Of a stretch of 64,000 bases of DNA, positions 61,649 through 64,000 are shown piece by piece. How positions within the stretch are numbered: the first letter of the stretch is position 1; each line of letters opens with the position of its first letter. Both the position numbers and the translations under genes were made by a program. This stretch comes from Blepharisma stoltei ATCC 30299 (taxonomy: Eukaryota; Protista; Ciliophora), in NCBI GenBank assembly GCA_965603825.1, contig CBFDEM010000015.1, positions 496,001 to 560,000 on the forward strand. The letters are read 5' to 3'. Under the pieces are notes generated by a model. The model was given only the letters and a program-made list of their open reading frames with translations. It was not told the DNA's origin and ran no database searches.

Positions 61649-62620
61649 TTATAAATAAACAGGAATACGCTTTAATGGCTGCATAGGCCTTATAAAGTCA
61701 ATCCCCTCTTTTATTAGCCTTTTCATTTCCAATAGACTTTCAGCTGAATAGTACCCAGGCTGATAATCTGACAAAGTAAATTCACTTTTCAGGACTTTCT
61801 CCAAATCCCATTCCTTAATTTCTACCTTTTTATTTTTTATAAGTGCTATTTCATCACAAGATCCCAGTATCCCAGCACCCAAAATTTGATTTCCAACAAT
61901 CCCAAATTCAACTGAATAAAAATAAATTTTTGCAAGCTTTTCAATCTCTTCTTCAGTAGCTCCAAGAGATCTTAGTCCAATTGATTGGGAAAGCTCAGCA
62001 AAATCATTATTTGCAAAAAGAGGCACATGCCCCATTAGCTCGTGGGCTACATCTGGCTCTGGAGAGTAAAAGACTGCAGATTGGTGTCTGATATATCGAG
62101 AACTGTAAAAGATTTTATACGCAAGACCGTATAAAAATGACCTTGGATTTATCATTCCTCCGCATGGTACAAGCTTGAAACCTGTTTTATAATTGAGATA
62201 CTTGTTTACGAGAGAAAACTGCGGAATCTTTTCAGGAGAGTAAATCCCAAGTTGTTCAAGCTCTCTAAGATTCTCTTTATGCTCCTCACATGCACACTCT
62301 AAATGAAGCTCTCTCAATCTTGCATAAAGAATTTTCCAAGTCTGATAAGTGTCACTAGGATACACTATATCTGTCACATCAGCATCTACTGATTGATCTA
62401 TATTTCTTGTATTTTTGAGTCACTTCATATAGCTAGAGTCATCATACCCTGGATATGAGGCTCCAAGCCTTGATACACAGTCTTCATAAGATTTATCAAT
62501 TAAGTCAAGCTCACTTCTTGAAGAAGGATACCAAATTTCTTGGCCAATGAAACTGAACTTCCGAGTGTAAAGAGCTCTTAAGCTACTTTTCAGCTGATTT
62601 AAAGCACAATAAGCTAGCAT
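61649..62620 (-). CDS. PAH: Biopterin-dependent aromatic amino acid hydroxylase (Phe-4-hydroxylase-like), 323 aa
   Basis: IPQF..V..YL..KTGF, YIRH..YSPEPDVAHELMGHVP, IGL.SLGA, FYSVEFG, GAGIL.S, YQP.Y; TGA 62420 read through. Confidence 0.88.
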
Positions 62621-62858
62621 TTTATAAATAATAATCGTAAATTTATTTGGCCAATTTATCTTTAGGTGTTCTTCGAGCGTAGAAAGCCACTCTTTCCATT
62701 GAGCTAAAAATCAATCTTCCGATGAGGAAGTCAAATTATGCAATTTTCTGAACTCAAAAGCTTGCTGATCAATCAATATTTTTAATCAGGAAAAGTATTA
62801 TTATTGACTGTTTAAATATCTTACAAGATAAATCGAGCAGGTAAATTTTTAAAAAGCA

Positions 62859-63392
62859 ATGGAAGGCGCTGCTGAAATACATTGTAACAAAGAGATCCCT
62901 ATGACTTCAGAGAACGATTTACAAGAGAATAGAGACTCTAATTTAAAGGTAGAAAGCTCTTTTGGCTCAGGGCTCTTTTCGGATTTTGAATCATCTTCAG
63001 AAGGTTATAAAGGAAGCTTTATGGATAGATCTTATGAGATGAACCCAGACGGGTTCCCCAATAATATAGAAACCATAGAAAATAGCTTTAAGGTCTCGTT
63101 TGATAATGAAGCAGATTTTAATCAAGTTTTCACACAAGAAATTTCTAATTTCACATTAGATGAAGACGAGTCAGAAGAAAGAGGGGATGAGGAGATTGTT
63201 ATAAGAAACCCTTTGCCAAGCATGAAAGTGCAAAGAGAGCCTATAGAAGCGCTGTATAACCCTAGCAAAATCTTTCGATATAATAACCAGGCAATATCTT
63301 TAGAAAGTAATGGGATAAGAAAAAGATGACTATGCTACTCTTGCCTTCAGAGCTCAGGACACAATAAAAAGCATGAATGCCTTCTTCTTTAA
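62859..63392 (+). CDS. Acidic disordered protein ending in CaaX box (CLLL), 177 aa
   Basis: TGA 63327-63329 read as W extends the ORF to WLCYSCLQSSGHNKKHECLLL, TAA 63390-63392. Confidence 0.75.
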
Positions 63393-63491
63393 TTTTTGTA
63401 ATTATAAATAAATTATCCTGTTAAGCTCTTCTATTTCAAATAAGCCTTCTAGCCCTCTTCAATCAATTTTAATTCCCAATAATTAACTGAT

Positions 63492-64000
63492 ATGGCATCA
63501 GAAGAAGCAAAATTATATGGAAATTTCCCCCTGCCCCCAATTTCAAGCAGAAATAATCATTCAAGTTATTCCTTCAATATGAGCAGCGAGCAGCACATTA
63601 TAATTGAAGATGAAAAAGAAGACAACGAAATATACCATCCAAGACCTTTAGAATTTGATTTGTGAAATGGAATTGATGAAATCATCATCTCAGAAGAAGA
63701 TGTAAGGTTCCAAGAAATGAATGGCTTTTTTGGGTTTGATGGAGACGAGGAAATTAAAGAAGAAATCCAAGTCGAAATTAGCGTGCTCAGTGGTATAAGT
63801 GAAGATGTCAAAAATTTTTCTAGCAGCGTATCAAATAATTTGCACTCAAGCACTGTTCGTGATGAGCGCTGGATGTGTCCTGTTTGCTTAGAATTATTAG
63901 AAGACCCAGTGGAAACTCCATGCTGTCATAATCTTTTTTGCGAAAAATGTGTAATTAATATCAGAAAATGCCCATTATGCAGCCAAAATCTGGGGCAGTG
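63492..64000 (+). CDS. C3HC4 RING-finger protein, truncated by the window end; absent from the ORF track
   Basis: ATG 63492, one TGA=W, then CPVCLELLEDPVETPCCHNLFCEKC..KCPLC. Confidence 0.85.

Noticed and set aside
50-64000. In-frame TGA as selenocysteine or as mass pseudogenisation
   Set aside because: The TGAs align with conserved Trp, not Cys, across unrelated families, and the flanking frames stay intact.
50-64000. Mycoplasma or mitochondrial origin (also UGA=Trp)
   Set aside because: Histone H4, Arf, CDK, CCDC22 and GT-AG introns indicate a eukaryotic nucleus.

Overview
AT-rich, very gene-dense eukaryotic nuclear DNA, most likely the somatic (macronuclear) genome of a heterotrich ciliate of the Blepharisma type; the taxon is an inference. 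In-frame TGA sits at invariant Trp positions of many conserved proteins, while TAA and TAG terminate genes. Genes carry tiny 15-nt GT..AG introns. The supplied standard-code ORF track therefore fragments most genes and misses some entirely. Re-reading with UGA=Trp and splicing gives about 45 genes: kinases and pseudokinases, GTPases, transporters, DHHC enzymes, STE24, CCDC22, histone H4, GPAT, an aromatic amino acid hydroxylase and others. The main candidate for a new system is a tandem triplet (44984-56300) encoding a DNAJB12/14-like helical hairpin plus J-domain fused to a Sen1/senataxin-type SF1 helicase. Two of the copies come from a recent ~4.5-kb duplication and carry reciprocal lesions. 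Other highlights are a hidden SAYSvFN (SAYSD1) protein fused to a SecA-type SEC-C metal-binding motif, an Arf with a natural Q71L-equivalent substitution, three pseudokinases and a Rab-like GTPase with a SOCS-box-like tail. No rRNA, tRNA, CRISPR, transposase or telomere arrays were recognised. All family assignments come from motif recognition by eye, not database searches.
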